Source: Spirochaetales bacterium
Lineage (GTDB): Bacteria > Spirochaetota > Spirochaetia > JABEVK01
Assembly: GCA_037142615.1 (NCBI GenBank)
Contig: JBAXAI010000002.1
Coordinates: 64,001 to 128,000 of the forward strand
Direction of reading: 5' to 3'
DNA length: 64,000 bases
The notes under the pieces were generated by a model. The model was not told the DNA's origin. It was given only the letters and a program-made list of their open reading frames with translations, and made no database searches. Made by a program: the position numbers and the translations under genes. Shown in pieces: positions 11,188 to 21,096 of the stretch (positions within the stretch are counted from its first letter, which is position 1; every line of letters begins with the position of its first letter).

Positions 11188-12567
11188 TTAATCTTGGGTA
11201 CGTCGTGAGGGGGCGACACCGAGGATGCGCGCGCCCAGGGAGGCAGTTCCCGCCGGGTGTGCCACAGCGGCCAGTTCTGGAAGATCGGCCCCGGCACCAA
11301 GGCCTGGATTGGCGAGCTTCTCGCTGGCACGGATGGCCAGATGCATCCACAGCAGGCTCAGTCCGGCGATGGCAAACAGCAGCATGAAACAACTGGTCCA
11401 GACCCCCGTCAGGTCGTTCAGGAGCCCGAAGAGGATGGGAAACAACCAGCCGCCCAAGCCTCCCATCAGTCCGACGACGCCGCCAACAGGGCCCACATGC
11501 TCGGGGTAGTAGACGGGAATATGCTTGTAGACGGCAGCCTTGCCCAGGCTCATAAAGAAGCCCAGCACGAAAATCAGCACGGTGAACGACACGAAGTCGA
11601 GGGCCAGCTTGAAGTCGATGGGGCCGTGAATGCCGTCGATGTGGTAGCTCATGGCGGGATAAGCGAGAAAGAACAGGCTCGCGAGGGCGCCAAAGAACAT
11701 CCAGTACATCACCCGGCGGGCCCCAAGCTTGTCGCTCAGGTAGCCACCGAGAACGCGGAACAGCGAGCCCGGAATCGAGTAGGCGGCGCCCAACATGCCC
11801 GCGACGATGATGGGAAGACCGTACACGGCGTTGAAGTAGTGGGGGAGCCAGAGGGCCAGCGCGACGAAGCCGCCGAAGGCGAAGAAGTAGTAAAGGCTGA
11901 AGCGCCACACCTGCAGATTCTTGAGGGGCTCCAGGAGGCTGGCCGTCTTGTTGGCCTTGCGGCCCTCTGCGCGGCGCTGAACAAGATGGGGGTCGTCGGT
12001 GGTTCCAAACCAGAACACAATGGCCATGACAACCAGGGCTCCTGCCCAGATCAACGCCACGGACTTCCAGCCGAAGGCAACCATCACCACAGGGGCCAGC
12101 AACTTGGTGACGGCCGAGCCGACGTTGCCGGCGCCGAAAATGCCCAGCGGAAGACCCTGTTTGGCCTTGGGGTACCACTGCGACACGTAGGTAATGCCCA
12201 CGGCAAACGAGCCGCCGGCGATACCGACACCCAGCGCTGCGATCAGAAAGCTGGTGTAGTCGGTTGCGAAGGTGAGCAGCCAGGTGGCGACCGCACCGGC
12301 CAGCATCACGCCGACGTACACGATGCGTCCGCCCACCTGGTCGGCCCAGATACCGAGGACAAGTCGTATGAGCGACCCCGTGAGGATAGGTGTTCCTACC
12401 AGAAGGCCGAACTGGAACTCGCTGAGGCCGAGGTCTTTTTTGACCTGCACGCCGATGACGGAAAAGATAGTCCACACCGCAAAGCAGGTGGTAAACGCGA
12501 TCGTCGAAAGCCACAGCGCGCGTGAGCGCTGCGTTGACGGCACTGCCAAAAGGTCGGGATCAGGCAT
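11188..12567 (-). CDS. narK: Nitrate transporter, NarK1 type
   Basis: CFAVWTIFS, YYFFAFGGFVAL, GKAAVYKHIP; AGGAGG SD before ATG 12567. Confidence 0.93.
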   Translation of the reverse strand: MPDPDLLAVPSTQRSRALWLSTIAFTTCFAVWTIFSVIGVQVKKDLGLSEFQFGLLVGTPILTGSLIRLVLGIWADQVGGRIVYVGVMLAGAVATWLLTFATDYTSFLIAALGVGIAGGSFAVGITYVSQWYPKAKQGLPLGIFGAGNVGSAVTKLLAPVVMVAFGWKSVALIWAGALVVMAIVFWFGTTDDPHLVQRRAEGRKANKTASLLEPLKNLQVWRFSLYYFFAFGGFVALALWLPHYFNAVYGLPIIVAGMLGAAYSIPGSLFRVLGGYLSDKLGARRVMYWMFFGALASLFFLAYPAMSYHIDGIHGPIDFKLALDFVSFTVLIFVLGFFMSLGKAAVYKHIPVYYPEHVGPVGGVVGLMGGLGGWLFPILFGLLNDLTGVWTSCFMLLFAIAGLSLLWMHLAIRASEKLANPGLGAGADLPELAAVAHPAGTASLGARILGVAPSRRTQD

Positions 12568-12614
12568 TCGAGTCCTCCTGCGAACTACCATAATCCGCAT
12601 GAAACCAGCCTTAG

Positions 12615-12628
12615 TTGCTTTATCGCAA
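12615..12628 (-). promoter_or_regulatory. Fnr/Dnr-like box upstream of narK1
   Basis: TTGCTTTATCGCAA palindrome; TATGGT -10 at class II spacing. Confidence 0.65.
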
Positions 12629-12679
12629 TTAGCCGGTCCGGTTCTAGAGATTTCTGTCTGCCTATGTCATACTAAGGGA

Positions 12680-13441
12680 ATGTTAGCAGAGACTTACCAT
12701 CAGGTGCTGAACCCGAAGGCGTGCTCTTGCACTCCGGAAATCCGCAAAAGCATCATCCGCCGTCTGCCGTTCCTCAAGCAGGCCTCGCCCGCCACCCTCG
12801 ACCTGCTTGAGCGGCACCTGCACTCCCGCAACTTCTCCGAGGGCGTCGAAATCTCACCCTTGCAGTTCCGCACGGGCATGTTCGGCGTCGTTGCTTCGGG
12901 CGCCTTCAAGGTGTTCCGGCCTGTGCACGACGAGCAGGTGGTCGTCTTCGAGATCCTGACCGCCGGGGACTTTTTTCTGTACTCGGCCGAAGACCTCGAA
13001 GGGCTGCGGATGTACGTTTACCCCGACGTGGTCCAGACCATGACCACCAGCTGCCTGCTGACCATGGACCAGAGCAAGTTGATTCCCCTGCTCATGCAGG
13101 ATGCCCACCTGGCGCCCACCTTTTTTGGCCACCTGACCGAGAGGCTGAGGCAGACGAACGAACGGTTCATCCGCTTCTCGGCGTTTCAGGCCGAGCACCG
13201 TTTGGCCTACCTGTTGCTGTTCCTGCACGCCAAGGGCCCCAAACGGCCTGGCTACCCGGCGCTGATTCCGTTCAATTTGCCGCGCAAGGACTTGGCCGCC
13301 ATGGCAGGCCTGACCATGGAGACCACGAGCCGCATTTTGTCGGCCATGGAGCGCGAGGGTCTGATCCGGTCGGGCCGTGGCTGGGTTGAGGTGGCCGACG
13401 TGGCCGGCCTGGACCGAATCTGCCAGCTCGAAACGCTCTAG
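12680..13441 (+). CDS. Crp/Fnr family transcriptional regulator
   Basis: cNMP-binding-like domain; HTH DLAAMAGLTMETTSR with FNR-type ETxSR helix; N-terminal CSC. Confidence 0.9.
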   Translation: MLAETYHQVLNPKACSCTPEIRKSIIRRLPFLKQASPATLDLLERHLHSRNFSEGVEISPLQFRTGMFGVVASGAFKVFRPVHDEQVVVFEILTAGDFFLYSAEDLEGLRMYVYPDVVQTMTTSCLLTMDQSKLIPLLMQDAHLAPTFFGHLTERLRQTNERFIRFSAFQAEHRLAYLLLFLHAKGPKRPGYPALIPFNLPRKDLAAMAGLTMETTSRILSAMEREGLIRSGRGWVEVADVAGLDRICQLETL

Positions 13442-13455
13442 TTGACATAGAACAA
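13442..13455 (+). promoter_or_regulatory. Fnr-like box upstream of moaA
   Basis: TTGAC-ATAG-AACAA; AATACT -10 at 13478-13483. Confidence 0.55.
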
Positions 13456-13489
13456 GCAACGAGGGGTTATGCGGGTAAATACTGGGAGC

Positions 13490-14527
13490 ATGGTTGATCT
13501 CTTGGGCCGTCCACTCCGCGATCTCCGCATCTCTGTTACTGACAGTTGCAACTTCCGTTGCACGTACTGCCTGCCGGCGCACGCCTTTCCAGCCGACTAC
13601 CCCTTCTTGTCGGGCTCCCAACTCCTGACTTTCGACGAGATTCTGCGCGTGGTCGAGGCTGCGCTCCCCTTGGGTCTCAAAAAGGTCAAATTGACCGGTG
13701 GAGAGCCGTTGCTGAGGTCGCTGCTGCCCGAGTTGGTGCGCTCCTTGTCGAAGTTTCCGGGGCTCGAGACGGGACTGATCACCAACGGTTTGCACCTGGA
13801 AGCTTTGCTGCCGCGCTTGGTGGATGCCGGGTTGGGCTCGGTGACGGTGAGTCTCGATGCCCTTGACCCCGAGGTCTTTTCGAGGATGACGGGGAACGGC
13901 CACTCGGTAGAGGCTATTCTCAAGGCCATCGACGCCGTTCACCGGGCGTACGGCACCGTCAAAATCAACACAGTCCTGTTGCGCGGAGAGAACGACGACC
14001 AGGTGGAAAGCCTGGCCCGCCACTTCCGGCGTCCTGGGTTCGACCTGCGCTTCGTCGAGTTCATGGACGTGGGCACGCTCAACCGCTGGTCGCGCGAGCG
14101 GGTGGTTCCTGGCGACGAGGTGCTCGCGCGGCTGCAGTTGCTGGGCACCCTGACGCCGTTGCCCAAAAAGCACGCTGGCGAGACCAGCGAACGGTGGGCA
14201 TGGTCCGACGTTCCGTCGGCCCCGTCCGACGAAACGTCGGCCCCGTCCGCCGGGCAGGGGAGCGTGGGCTTCATCAATTCGGTGACCCGTCCGTTCTGCG
14301 GGGACTGCAGCCGGGTAAGGCTTGGGGCCGACGGAAGGCTCTACACCTGCCTGTTCTCGGCCAAGGGCTTCGACCTTCGCGCCCCTTTGCGGCGGGGCGA
14401 GTCTGCGGACGCTCTCGGCGCACGGCTGGCTGCGATCTGGTCGGGACGCTCCGACCGTTACTCGGAACTCCGTGGCGTTACGCCGGCCGCCGCGGATCGC
14501 ATCGAAATGTTCGCGGTAGGAGGCTGA
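13490..14527 (+). CDS. moaA: GTP 3',8-cyclase (radical SAM)
   Basis: CNFRCTYC, TGGEPL, FCGDCSRVR..C, C-terminal GG. Confidence 0.95.
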   Translation: MVDLLGRPLRDLRISVTDSCNFRCTYCLPAHAFPADYPFLSGSQLLTFDEILRVVEAALPLGLKKVKLTGGEPLLRSLLPELVRSLSKFPGLETGLITNGLHLEALLPRLVDAGLGSVTVSLDALDPEVFSRMTGNGHSVEAILKAIDAVHRAYGTVKINTVLLRGENDDQVESLARHFRRPGFDLRFVEFMDVGTLNRWSRERVVPGDEVLARLQLLGTLTPLPKKHAGETSERWAWSDVPSAPSDETSAPSAGQGSVGFINSVTRPFCGDCSRVRLGADGRLYTCLFSAKGFDLRAPLRRGESADALGARLAAIWSGRSDRYSELRGVTPAAADRIEMFAVGG

Positions 14528-15010
14528 ATGCTCACTCATCTGGACGACAAGGGGCTTCCCACCATGGTCGATGTCGGCGACAAGGCCATCACCCGGCGCA
14601 GTGCTACGGCCCGCGCGGTGGTGGACTTTCCGCCTGAAGTGCTGGCCCAGTTGGTCGCCGGCCAACCGGGAGCCTCAGACCTGGTCGGCCCCAAGGGACC
14701 GATTTTTGCGACCGCCGTGGTGGCCGGCATTCAGGGCGCCAAACGGACCAGTGACCTTATCCCCATGTGCCATCCACTTCCGCTCGACGGCCTTTCGGTC
14801 ACCTGCCAGGTGCTCAACGCTCACGAAGTCGAGGTGCTGTGCACGGCCAAGACCACCCACAAGACCGGTGTCGAGATGGAGGCCCTGACCGGGGCCACGT
14901 TGGCGGCGCTGACCCTTTACGATATGACCAAGGCCCTGAGCCACGCCATCGTGATCCGGGAGGTCAAACTGCTGAGCAAGACCGGGGGCAAGAGCGACCA
15001 TCATGGCTGA
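14528..15010 (+). CDS. moaC: Cyclic pyranopterin monophosphate synthase
   Basis: MVDVGDK, LIPMCHPL, TGVEMEAL, KTGGKS. Confidence 0.96.
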   Translation: MLTHLDDKGLPTMVDVGDKAITRRSATARAVVDFPPEVLAQLVAGQPGASDLVGPKGPIFATAVVAGIQGAKRTSDLIPMCHPLPLDGLSVTCQVLNAHEVEVLCTAKTTHKTGVEMEALTGATLAALTLYDMTKALSHAIVIREVKLLSKTGGKSDHHG

Positions 15011-16082
15011 CTGGACCTTTCACCCCTACGAGGTGGCCCTGGTCGGCTACCAGAACTCCGGCAAGACCACCCTGGCCGCCAAGCTGATCCCGTTGCTGGG
15101 CCTCAACTTGGCCTACCTCAAGCGCGACGCGCACCGGTTCGATCTCGACAAGCCCGGCAAGGACACTCACACGCTCGCTGCTGCCGGTGCCCGCACGGTG
15201 TTCATCAGCGACGCGAGCCACAAAGCCCTGATCAGGCAGTCTCCGCTCGACCCTTTGCTTGGCCGCCTGGACTTTCTCGAGGACGACGCCGCCCTGATCG
15301 AAGGGCACAAGCAGAGTCCGGTGCCCAAGATCGTGGTTCTCGACGAAGAGCTGTCGATCTTGCACGACCCCGCGTTTGACACCGCCAGGCCTCTTGCCGC
15401 CACCGGACCGTGGACCGAGGCTCCGAAGCTCCCGTGGAACGTGCCGTACTTCTGCCGCGACGACGCGGTGGGCCTCGCCGCGTTCCTGCGGGGCCATTGG
15501 GAAGCGCTCACCGCTGCGCGTCCCCTCTTCGGCCTGGTTCTCACCGGTGGCAGGAGCACGCGCATGGGCACTGACAAGGCCTCGTTGGTGTATCGGGGGC
15601 TGCCCGAGGCGGCCCGGATGTACCACCTGCTGGAGGAGTTCTGCTCGCAGGTGTTCCTCAGTTGCCGCGCCGACCAGTCCGGCGACGAGGGCCGAGTCGG
15701 CTTTCCGCAGCTTCACGACGCCCTTTTGGGCAAAGGCCCCCTTTCGGGAATCCTGGCCGCGATGGAGGCCCACCCCGACGCTTCGTGGTTGGTCGTGGCT
15801 TGTGACTTGCCGCGTGTCGACCGCGAGGTGCTCGCTAAACTGCTGGCGGGCAGGGCTCCTTTCCGGTTTGCGACGGCCTTCCGGGGCTTCGAAGACCGGC
15901 CTGAACCCTTGTGCGCGATCTACGAACCCAAGGCCCGACCCCGGTTCTACCAGTTTCTGGCGGCCGGGTACGACTGCCCGCGCAAGATGCTTTTGAACTC
16001 GCCGATCGCCCTGCTCGAGCCGCCAGGGGAAGGGAAACTCGTCAACGCCAACACTCCTGCCGATCGCGAGGCCCTCAAGTGA
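15003..16082 (+). CDS. mobA: MobB-MobA fusion (MGD biosynthesis)
   Basis: N-terminal GYQNSGKTT P-loop and DKPGKDT (MobB); C-terminal LTGGRSTRMGTDKA, ACDLP, NANTP (MobA). Confidence 0.88.
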   Translation: MADWTFHPYEVALVGYQNSGKTTLAAKLIPLLGLNLAYLKRDAHRFDLDKPGKDTHTLAAAGARTVFISDASHKALIRQSPLDPLLGRLDFLEDDAALIEGHKQSPVPKIVVLDEELSILHDPAFDTARPLAATGPWTEAPKLPWNVPYFCRDDAVGLAAFLRGHWEALTAARPLFGLVLTGGRSTRMGTDKASLVYRGLPEAARMYHLLEEFCSQVFLSCRADQSGDEGRVGFPQLHDALLGKGPLSGILAAMEAHPDASWLVVACDLPRVDREVLAKLLAGRAPFRFATAFRGFEDRPEPLCAIYEPKARPRFYQFLAAGYDCPRKMLLNSPIALLEPPGEGKLVNANTPADREALK

Positions 16083-17281
16083 TCTCGGTGGCCGAGGTGG
16101 ACCGCCTGTTGAGCGCACAACTCGGCGGCACAGACACCGAACTGGTCGCGTTGGCCCAGTGCGTCGGCCGCTGCCTGGCTGTACCTGCCGTTGCCGACCG
16201 CGACGGCCCACCTTTTCACCGCGTGGCCATGGACGGCTATGCCGTGCGCGCACAGTCCGGGCAGCGCGCACAGTCCGGGCAGCGCGCCTGGCGGGTCGCG
16301 GGCCTTCAAGTGGCGGGAAAACCACCGCAGACGCTCACTGACCCTCAAACTGCGCTCGAAGTCGCCACGGGAGCCGTTTTGCCTCTCGGCTGTGACACGG
16401 TGGTGCCCTACGAAGCAACCCTCAGGTCGGGCGACCAGGTGGACCTCCTGGCCGATGCACCGCCGGTGGCAAAGGGGAACCACGTTCATCCTCAGGGCAC
16501 CGACTACCGCTCCGAGCAGGTTCTCGTTCCGGCGGGCACGGTTCTGAGGTCGCCGCACCTGCACTCGCTGGCAAGTGTCGGTCTTGACCCCGTTCCCGTC
16601 CGCAGGCGGGCCGTGTGGTCGCTCGCTTCCACCGGCGACGAACTTGTCGCCGTCCACCGAACGCCGTTGGCTTGGCAGATCCGGCAGAGTAACCTCGCTG
16701 CGCTGGAAGGCGAAGCCCGCGCCTGGGGGCTGGCACCCCGGGAAGCGCAGACGTTGCCCGACAACCGGCCTCTGTTGCTCGAGGGCCTGAAGTCGCAGCT
16801 AGGAGTCGTCGACGCTCTGGTGCTTACCGGCGGCGTGTCGGCGGGGGTCCTCGACCTGGTACCGGGGGTGCTCGAGGAACTCGGCGTGCAGACGCTGTTC
16901 CACCGGGTGGCTCAGCGCCCGGGCAAGCCGTTCTGGTGCGGCCGCCTTCCTGCCAACGCGCTGGGTCGCGCCACCCTTGTGTTCGGACTGCCCGGAAACC
17001 CCGTGTCGAGTCTGTTCGCCTTTCGGCGCTACGTGTTGCCTTGGCTTCTGGCCTTCGAGGGGAGGCCAGCGGGACCTCGCCGGGTGGAGGTCCATGGTCT
17101 TCGTGCCCGCGACGATGACCAGACAGTTTTTCTGCCCTGGTCAGAAGAAACGGGGGTGATGGAATGGAAGGGGTCGGGCGATTATCTTGCGCTGGCCGGC
17201 TCGACGGGCTTTGTTGAAATCGATCGTGATCCGCGCTCGGGAGTCGAGCCTTGGATGTACTGCTGGGGAGGAAGGGAATGA
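16079..17281 (+). CDS. moeA: Molybdopterin molybdotransferase
   Basis: AMDGYAV, STGDEL, TGGVSAG, RPGKP, GLPGNPVS; GTG start overlaps mobA stop. Confidence 0.93.
   Translation: MISVAEVDRLLSAQLGGTDTELVALAQCVGRCLAVPAVADRDGPPFHRVAMDGYAVRAQSGQRAQSGQRAWRVAGLQVAGKPPQTLTDPQTALEVATGAVLPLGCDTVVPYEATLRSGDQVDLLADAPPVAKGNHVHPQGTDYRSEQVLVPAGTVLRSPHLHSLASVGLDPVPVRRRAVWSLASTGDELVAVHRTPLAWQIRQSNLAALEGEARAWGLAPREAQTLPDNRPLLLEGLKSQLGVVDALVLTGGVSAGVLDLVPGVLEELGVQTLFHRVAQRPGKPFWCGRLPANALGRATLVFGLPGNPVSSLFAFRRYVLPWLLAFEGRPAGPRRVEVHGLRARDDDQTVFLPWSEETGVMEWKGSGDYLALAGSTGFVEIDRDPRSGVEPWMYCWGGRE
16246..16287 (+). repeat. 18-bp exact in-frame tandem duplication in moeA
   Basis: gcgcgcacagtccgggca x2 plus gcgcgc, encoding RAQSGQRAQSGQRA. 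Confidence 0.9.
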
Positions 17282-17517
17282 CAGTAACCGTGCGCTACTA
17301 TGGCCGCCTTCAGGAAGAGGCCGGTCTTGCCCAGGAGACTTTGGAGACCTCGGCCACAACCTTGGAGGGCCTCTGGTCCGATGTTGCCGAGCGTCACCCC
17401 TTTACCCTTGATATCAAACTCATCAAGGCCGCCCAAGCCGATGAGTTCTGCCCCTGGAAGGCCAAACTGGTTCCCGGAGCGCTGGTGGTCTTCATGCCCC
17501 CGGTCGCGGGGGGCTGA
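17278..17517 (+). CDS. moaD: Molybdopterin synthase sulfur carrier
   Basis: Ubiquitin-like size; C-terminal PPVAGG. Confidence 0.93.
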   Translation: MTVTVRYYGRLQEEAGLAQETLETSATTLEGLWSDVAERHPFTLDIKLIKAAQADEFCPWKAKLVPGALVVFMPPVAGG

Positions 17518-17519
17518 TC

Positions 17520-17954
17520 ATGACGCTCTTTTCGCTCACGGACCTGCCCCTGGAATTGTTGCCACGTTTGTCGGTGCCGCTGGAGAGCGGTTCGGTTGTC
17601 GTGTTCTGGGGCCGGGTGCGCCGCCACAACGAAGGACGCGAGGTCAGTGGTCTGGAATACTCCGCCTACCCCGAACTGGCGCAGAAGGAAGGCGAGCGCA
17701 TTGTCGCTGAGGCCCTGGTTCACTTTGGCCTCGACAAGGCCCGCGCGGCCCACCGCCTGGGAAGCCTGAGCCTCGGCGCTGCCGCCGTAATCGTCGAAGT
17801 CGCCTCGGGCCACCGCGGGGAAGGCTTTGACGCCTGTCGGTGGATCATCGACGAGATCAAGAGCCGGGTACCCATTTGGAAGCGCGAACACTACGTCGAA
17901 GGGGGCACCGAATGGGTGATGTGTCACCACGAACCTACTACGACCGACAGCTGA
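17520..17954 (+). CDS. moaE: Molybdopterin synthase catalytic subunit
   Basis: GRVRRHN, HRLG, PIWKREH. Confidence 0.93.
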   Translation: MTLFSLTDLPLELLPRLSVPLESGSVVVFWGRVRRHNEGREVSGLEYSAYPELAQKEGERIVAEALVHFGLDKARAAHRLGSLSLGAAAVIVEVASGHRGEGFDACRWIIDEIKSRVPIWKREHYVEGGTEWVMCHHEPTTTDS

Positions 17955-19006
17955 GAGTTCCCGGTTGGGGACTTGGTGGCCAGGAGGTTCTGGGCAAGTC
18001 GTCGGTGTTGGTGGTGGGTGTTGGCGGGCTCGGGTGCCCAGCGCTGGCCTCCTTGGCCCGCAGCGGGGTGGGCTCTCTAGTATTCTGCGACCCAGATGTC
18101 GTCGAGGCCTCGAACCTGCCACGGCAGACGCTGTTTCGCGTCACCGATGTGGGCCGTTCCAAGGTCGAGGCCGCTGCCGAAGCCCTGAGCGGTGCCAACC
18201 CGTGGATCTCCCTGAAACCGTACCCTTGGCGGGTCGACGCCACCAACGTCCGCGCGCTGGTGGAGGCCGCCGACCTCGTGCTCGATGGGTCCGACAACTT
18301 CGCCACCAAGTTCTTGTTGCACGACGCCTGCCGGGCGGCGGGAAAGCCGCTGGTGATGGCTTCGCTGTACCAATGGGAGGCCCAGCTCACCGTGTTCGAC
18401 TTCCGGCGTACCGACGACGGGTGCTGGCGTTGCCTGTACCCCGAGGCGCCCGAGGACGGCTGCGTGGGCGTTTGCGCCGACGTGGGGGTCGCCGGGGCGT
18501 TGGCAGGCCTCGCGGGGAATTACCAGGCCCTGTTCGCGACCCGGTTGCTGCTGGGTTTGGAAGTCCTGGCGCCTCGCACGACGCTCGTTCTCGAGGCCTC
18601 GGGCGCGACCCGCGAGCTGCGCTGGAACCCGGCTCCGGCGTGCGCCTGCGCCAGCGCACGGGGCGACTGGGCGTGGCTGGCGGGCCAGGGACCGCTTCGC
18701 GAGGCCTTGTGGGACGACCTCGTGCCGGCCGACCGGCAGGTTGTGATCGACCTGCGCGAGCCGCACGAGATCCTTGTTGCCGAGTGGGACTGGTTCCGGT
18801 CGCAAGGCTGCGAGGTGATCGCGTCCCGGTGGACGCAGTGGCCTGCTACGCAGCCGGACTGGCAGCCCGCGACAAGCTACCTTGTTGTCTGTGCCCACGG
18901 CATTCGTTCTCTGGCGGCGCTCGCAATCCTTCCGACAGGAGTTCGTGCGCAGTCGCTGCGCGGCGGAGTCGCCGGGCTTCCCGTTGTTGCGCTCGACCAG
19001 CCATGA
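17912..19006 (+). CDS. moeB: MoeB/ThiF adenylyltransferase with C-terminal rhodanese
   Basis: GVGGLG, SNLPRQ, DGSDNF, CWRC; rhodanese-like CAHGIRS; start approximate. Confidence 0.88.
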   Translation: MGDVSPRTYYDRQLRVPGWGLGGQEVLGKSSVLVVGVGGLGCPALASLARSGVGSLVFCDPDVVEASNLPRQTLFRVTDVGRSKVEAAAEALSGANPWISLKPYPWRVDATNVRALVEAADLVLDGSDNFATKFLLHDACRAAGKPLVMASLYQWEAQLTVFDFRRTDDGCWRCLYPEAPEDGCVGVCADVGVAGALAGLAGNYQALFATRLLLGLEVLAPRTTLVLEASGATRELRWNPAPACACASARGDWAWLAGQGPLREALWDDLVPADRQVVIDLREPHEILVAEWDWFRSQGCEVIASRWTQWPATQPDWQPATSYLVVCAHGIRSLAALAILPTGVRAQSLRGGVAGLPVVALDQP

Positions 19007-19773
19007 AGTTGAGGCTGGCGGCCTTTGGGCTCGCCCTGTTGTGGTACGCCAGCTCCGGAGCGCCGCTGGTCGGCCAAGCCAAGCTTACGGTGGCGGCCGC
19101 TTCAAACCTGGCGCCGATCACGGCGGCTCTGGCAGAGGCCTTCACCCGGCAGACGGGCGACACCGTCGAGTTCATTCTCGGTGCCTCGGGAACTCTCGCG
19201 ACCCAGTTGCGCTACGGTGCGCCGTTTGATGTGTTGCTTTCGGCCGACGTCGAAACGCCTCAGCGGTTGGCGACCGAAGGCCTCTCTACGGCGCCTCGGG
19301 TGTACGCGTTGGGCAAACTGCTCCTCTTTTCGTTGGAACCCCGGGACTTCTCGCAGGGGCTGAGTCTGCTGTTGAAGCCGACCGTGACCCAGGTAGCCCT
19401 GGCCAACCCGCAGTTGGCACCCTACGGTCGGGCCGCTGTCGAGGCTCTTTCCACGCAAGGGCTCTGGGCGGCGGTGCAGCCGAAAGTCGTCACGGCGCAG
19501 AACGTCACGCAGGCGCTCCAGTTCACCGTTTCGGGGACGGGTCTGGGTTTCATCGCCAAGTCGTCGCTTTTCACCCCCGACCTGGTGGCCTTTCGCCGAC
19601 AACAGGGGGTTCACTGGTTCGAGGTCGACCAGCGAGCGTACGCTCCTATCGAGCAGGCCTTCGTGGTGCGCAAGGCTTCGCTGGGCAAGGTCGGTGTCGT
19701 CGCCTTTGTGCAGTTTCTCGGCTCGCAATCCGCCCGTGCCATCTTTGAGGAGGCCGGCTATTCTGTACCCTGA
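19003..19773 (+). CDS. modA: Molybdate ABC substrate-binding protein
   Basis: VAAASNL, GASG, APFDVLLSAD, APYGRAA. Confidence 0.93.
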   Translation: MKLRLAAFGLALLWYASSGAPLVGQAKLTVAAASNLAPITAALAEAFTRQTGDTVEFILGASGTLATQLRYGAPFDVLLSADVETPQRLATEGLSTAPRVYALGKLLLFSLEPRDFSQGLSLLLKPTVTQVALANPQLAPYGRAAVEALSTQGLWAAVQPKVVTAQNVTQALQFTVSGTGLGFIAKSSLFTPDLVAFRRQQGVHWFEVDQRAYAPIEQAFVVRKASLGKVGVVAFVQFLGSQSARAIFEEAGYSVP

Positions 19774-20437
19774 CTGGGCTCCTCTGGTGTTGTCTTTGGA
19801 ACTCGGGCTGTGGGTGACTGCTCTTCTGGCCGTCATCGGCCTGCCCCTCGCGTGGTGGTTCGCCCGCTCGAGGCGCCGCTGGACGGTTTGGGTCGAAAGC
19901 CTGTTCTCCCTCACCCTGGTGCTGCCACCGACCGTCGTCGGGTTCTACCTTCTGGTGCTGTTCTCGCCCTTTTCGCCCGTCGGGAATTTCCTCGAGACCG
20001 TCTTCGGTTGGAAGCTGGTGTTCACGTTTTCCGGCTTGGTTGTCGCCTCGTGCGTGGCAGGGTTGCCGTTCATGCTCACGGCGTTGCGCACGGGGTTTGT
20101 CGCCCTTCCCGAGTCGCTGCTCGAGGCCTCGTGGACGCTGGGCAAGGGTCGTTTGTCGACCTACTTTCTGGTGGTGTTGCCCAACCTCAAGTCGGCGCTG
20201 CTTGCCGGTGCCGTGACTACGTTTGCCCACACCTTGGGCGAGTTTGGCGTGGTGCTGATGCTCGGCGGTAGCATCCCGGGGGTCACCAAAGTGGTCTCGA
20301 TCGCGCTCTACGAGCAAGTCGAGGCGGGGAACTTCGCCCAGGCGCACGTCTACGCTGTCGTTTTGCTGGTGCTCAGCTACGCGGGAATCTTCCTTCTGAA
20401 CTCACTTGAGCGGCGTTCGCGGACGGTGCGGCGATGA
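19760..20437 (+). CDS. modB: Molybdate ABC permease
   Basis: LVLPPTVVGFYLL, FAHTLGEFG; start codon uncertain. Confidence 0.9.
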   Translation: MLYPDWAPLVLSLELGLWVTALLAVIGLPLAWWFARSRRRWTVWVESLFSLTLVLPPTVVGFYLLVLFSPFSPVGNFLETVFGWKLVFTFSGLVVASCVAGLPFMLTALRTGFVALPESLLEASWTLGKGRLSTYFLVVLPNLKSALLAGAVTTFAHTLGEFGVVLMLGGSIPGVTKVVSIALYEQVEAGNFAQAHVYAVVLLVLSYAGIFLLNSLERRSRTVRR

Positions 20438-21084
20438 CCCATTTCTACCTGCGAAAGGGCCGGGCCAATCTCGATCCGGGGTTCACGCTCGAGGTCGAGT
20501 TCGCCCTGCTGGCGGGTTCTTTCACCGGGGTGGTGGGGCCCTCGGGCAGCGGCAAGTCGACCCTGCTGCGGTGCCTAGCCGGTTTGGAGACCCCCGACGA
20601 CGGGTTCGTCGAGGTGCAGGGCCAGCGGTGGTACCACGCCCAGCAGCGGTTGAGTCTGCCGCCCCAGCATCGCTCGGTCGGTTTCGTGTTTCAGGATTAT
20701 GCGCTGTTCCCCCACCTGACGGCTCTCGGAAACGTGCAGTTTGCCCAGAAGGACCGCGCCAAGGCGCTGGCTTGGCTTGACCTCGTGGGACTTTCCAACC
20801 TGGCGGACCGGTTTCCCCACCAGCTCTCGGGGGGCCAGAAGCAAAGGGTGGCTTTGGTGCGTGCCTTGGCCCGCGAGCCCAAACTCTGGCTGCTCGACGA
20901 GCCCTTGAGCGCCCTCGACGAGGACCTTCGTGCCGAACTGGGCGACCAAATCCTCTTGCTGCAAAAACAGACCGGTGTCACGGCGTTGCTGGTGAGCCAC
21001 TCGCTTGCCGAAGTCAGCCGCCTGTGCACCGAAGTGCTCGAACTCCGCGCCGGACACCTCGTTGCCGACCGCTACCCGGTCTAG
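20434..21084 (+). CDS. modC: Molybdate ABC ATP-binding protein (no TOBE domain)
   Basis: GPSGSGKS, FQDYALFPH, LSGGQ, LDEP. Confidence 0.9.
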   Translation: MTHFYLRKGRANLDPGFTLEVEFALLAGSFTGVVGPSGSGKSTLLRCLAGLETPDDGFVEVQGQRWYHAQQRLSLPPQHRSVGFVFQDYALFPHLTALGNVQFAQKDRAKALAWLDLVGLSNLADRFPHQLSGGQKQRVALVRALAREPKLWLLDEPLSALDEDLRAELGDQILLLQKQTGVTALLVSHSLAEVSRLCTEVLELRAGHLVADRYPV

Positions 21085-21096
21085 CCGGCCTTCTGG

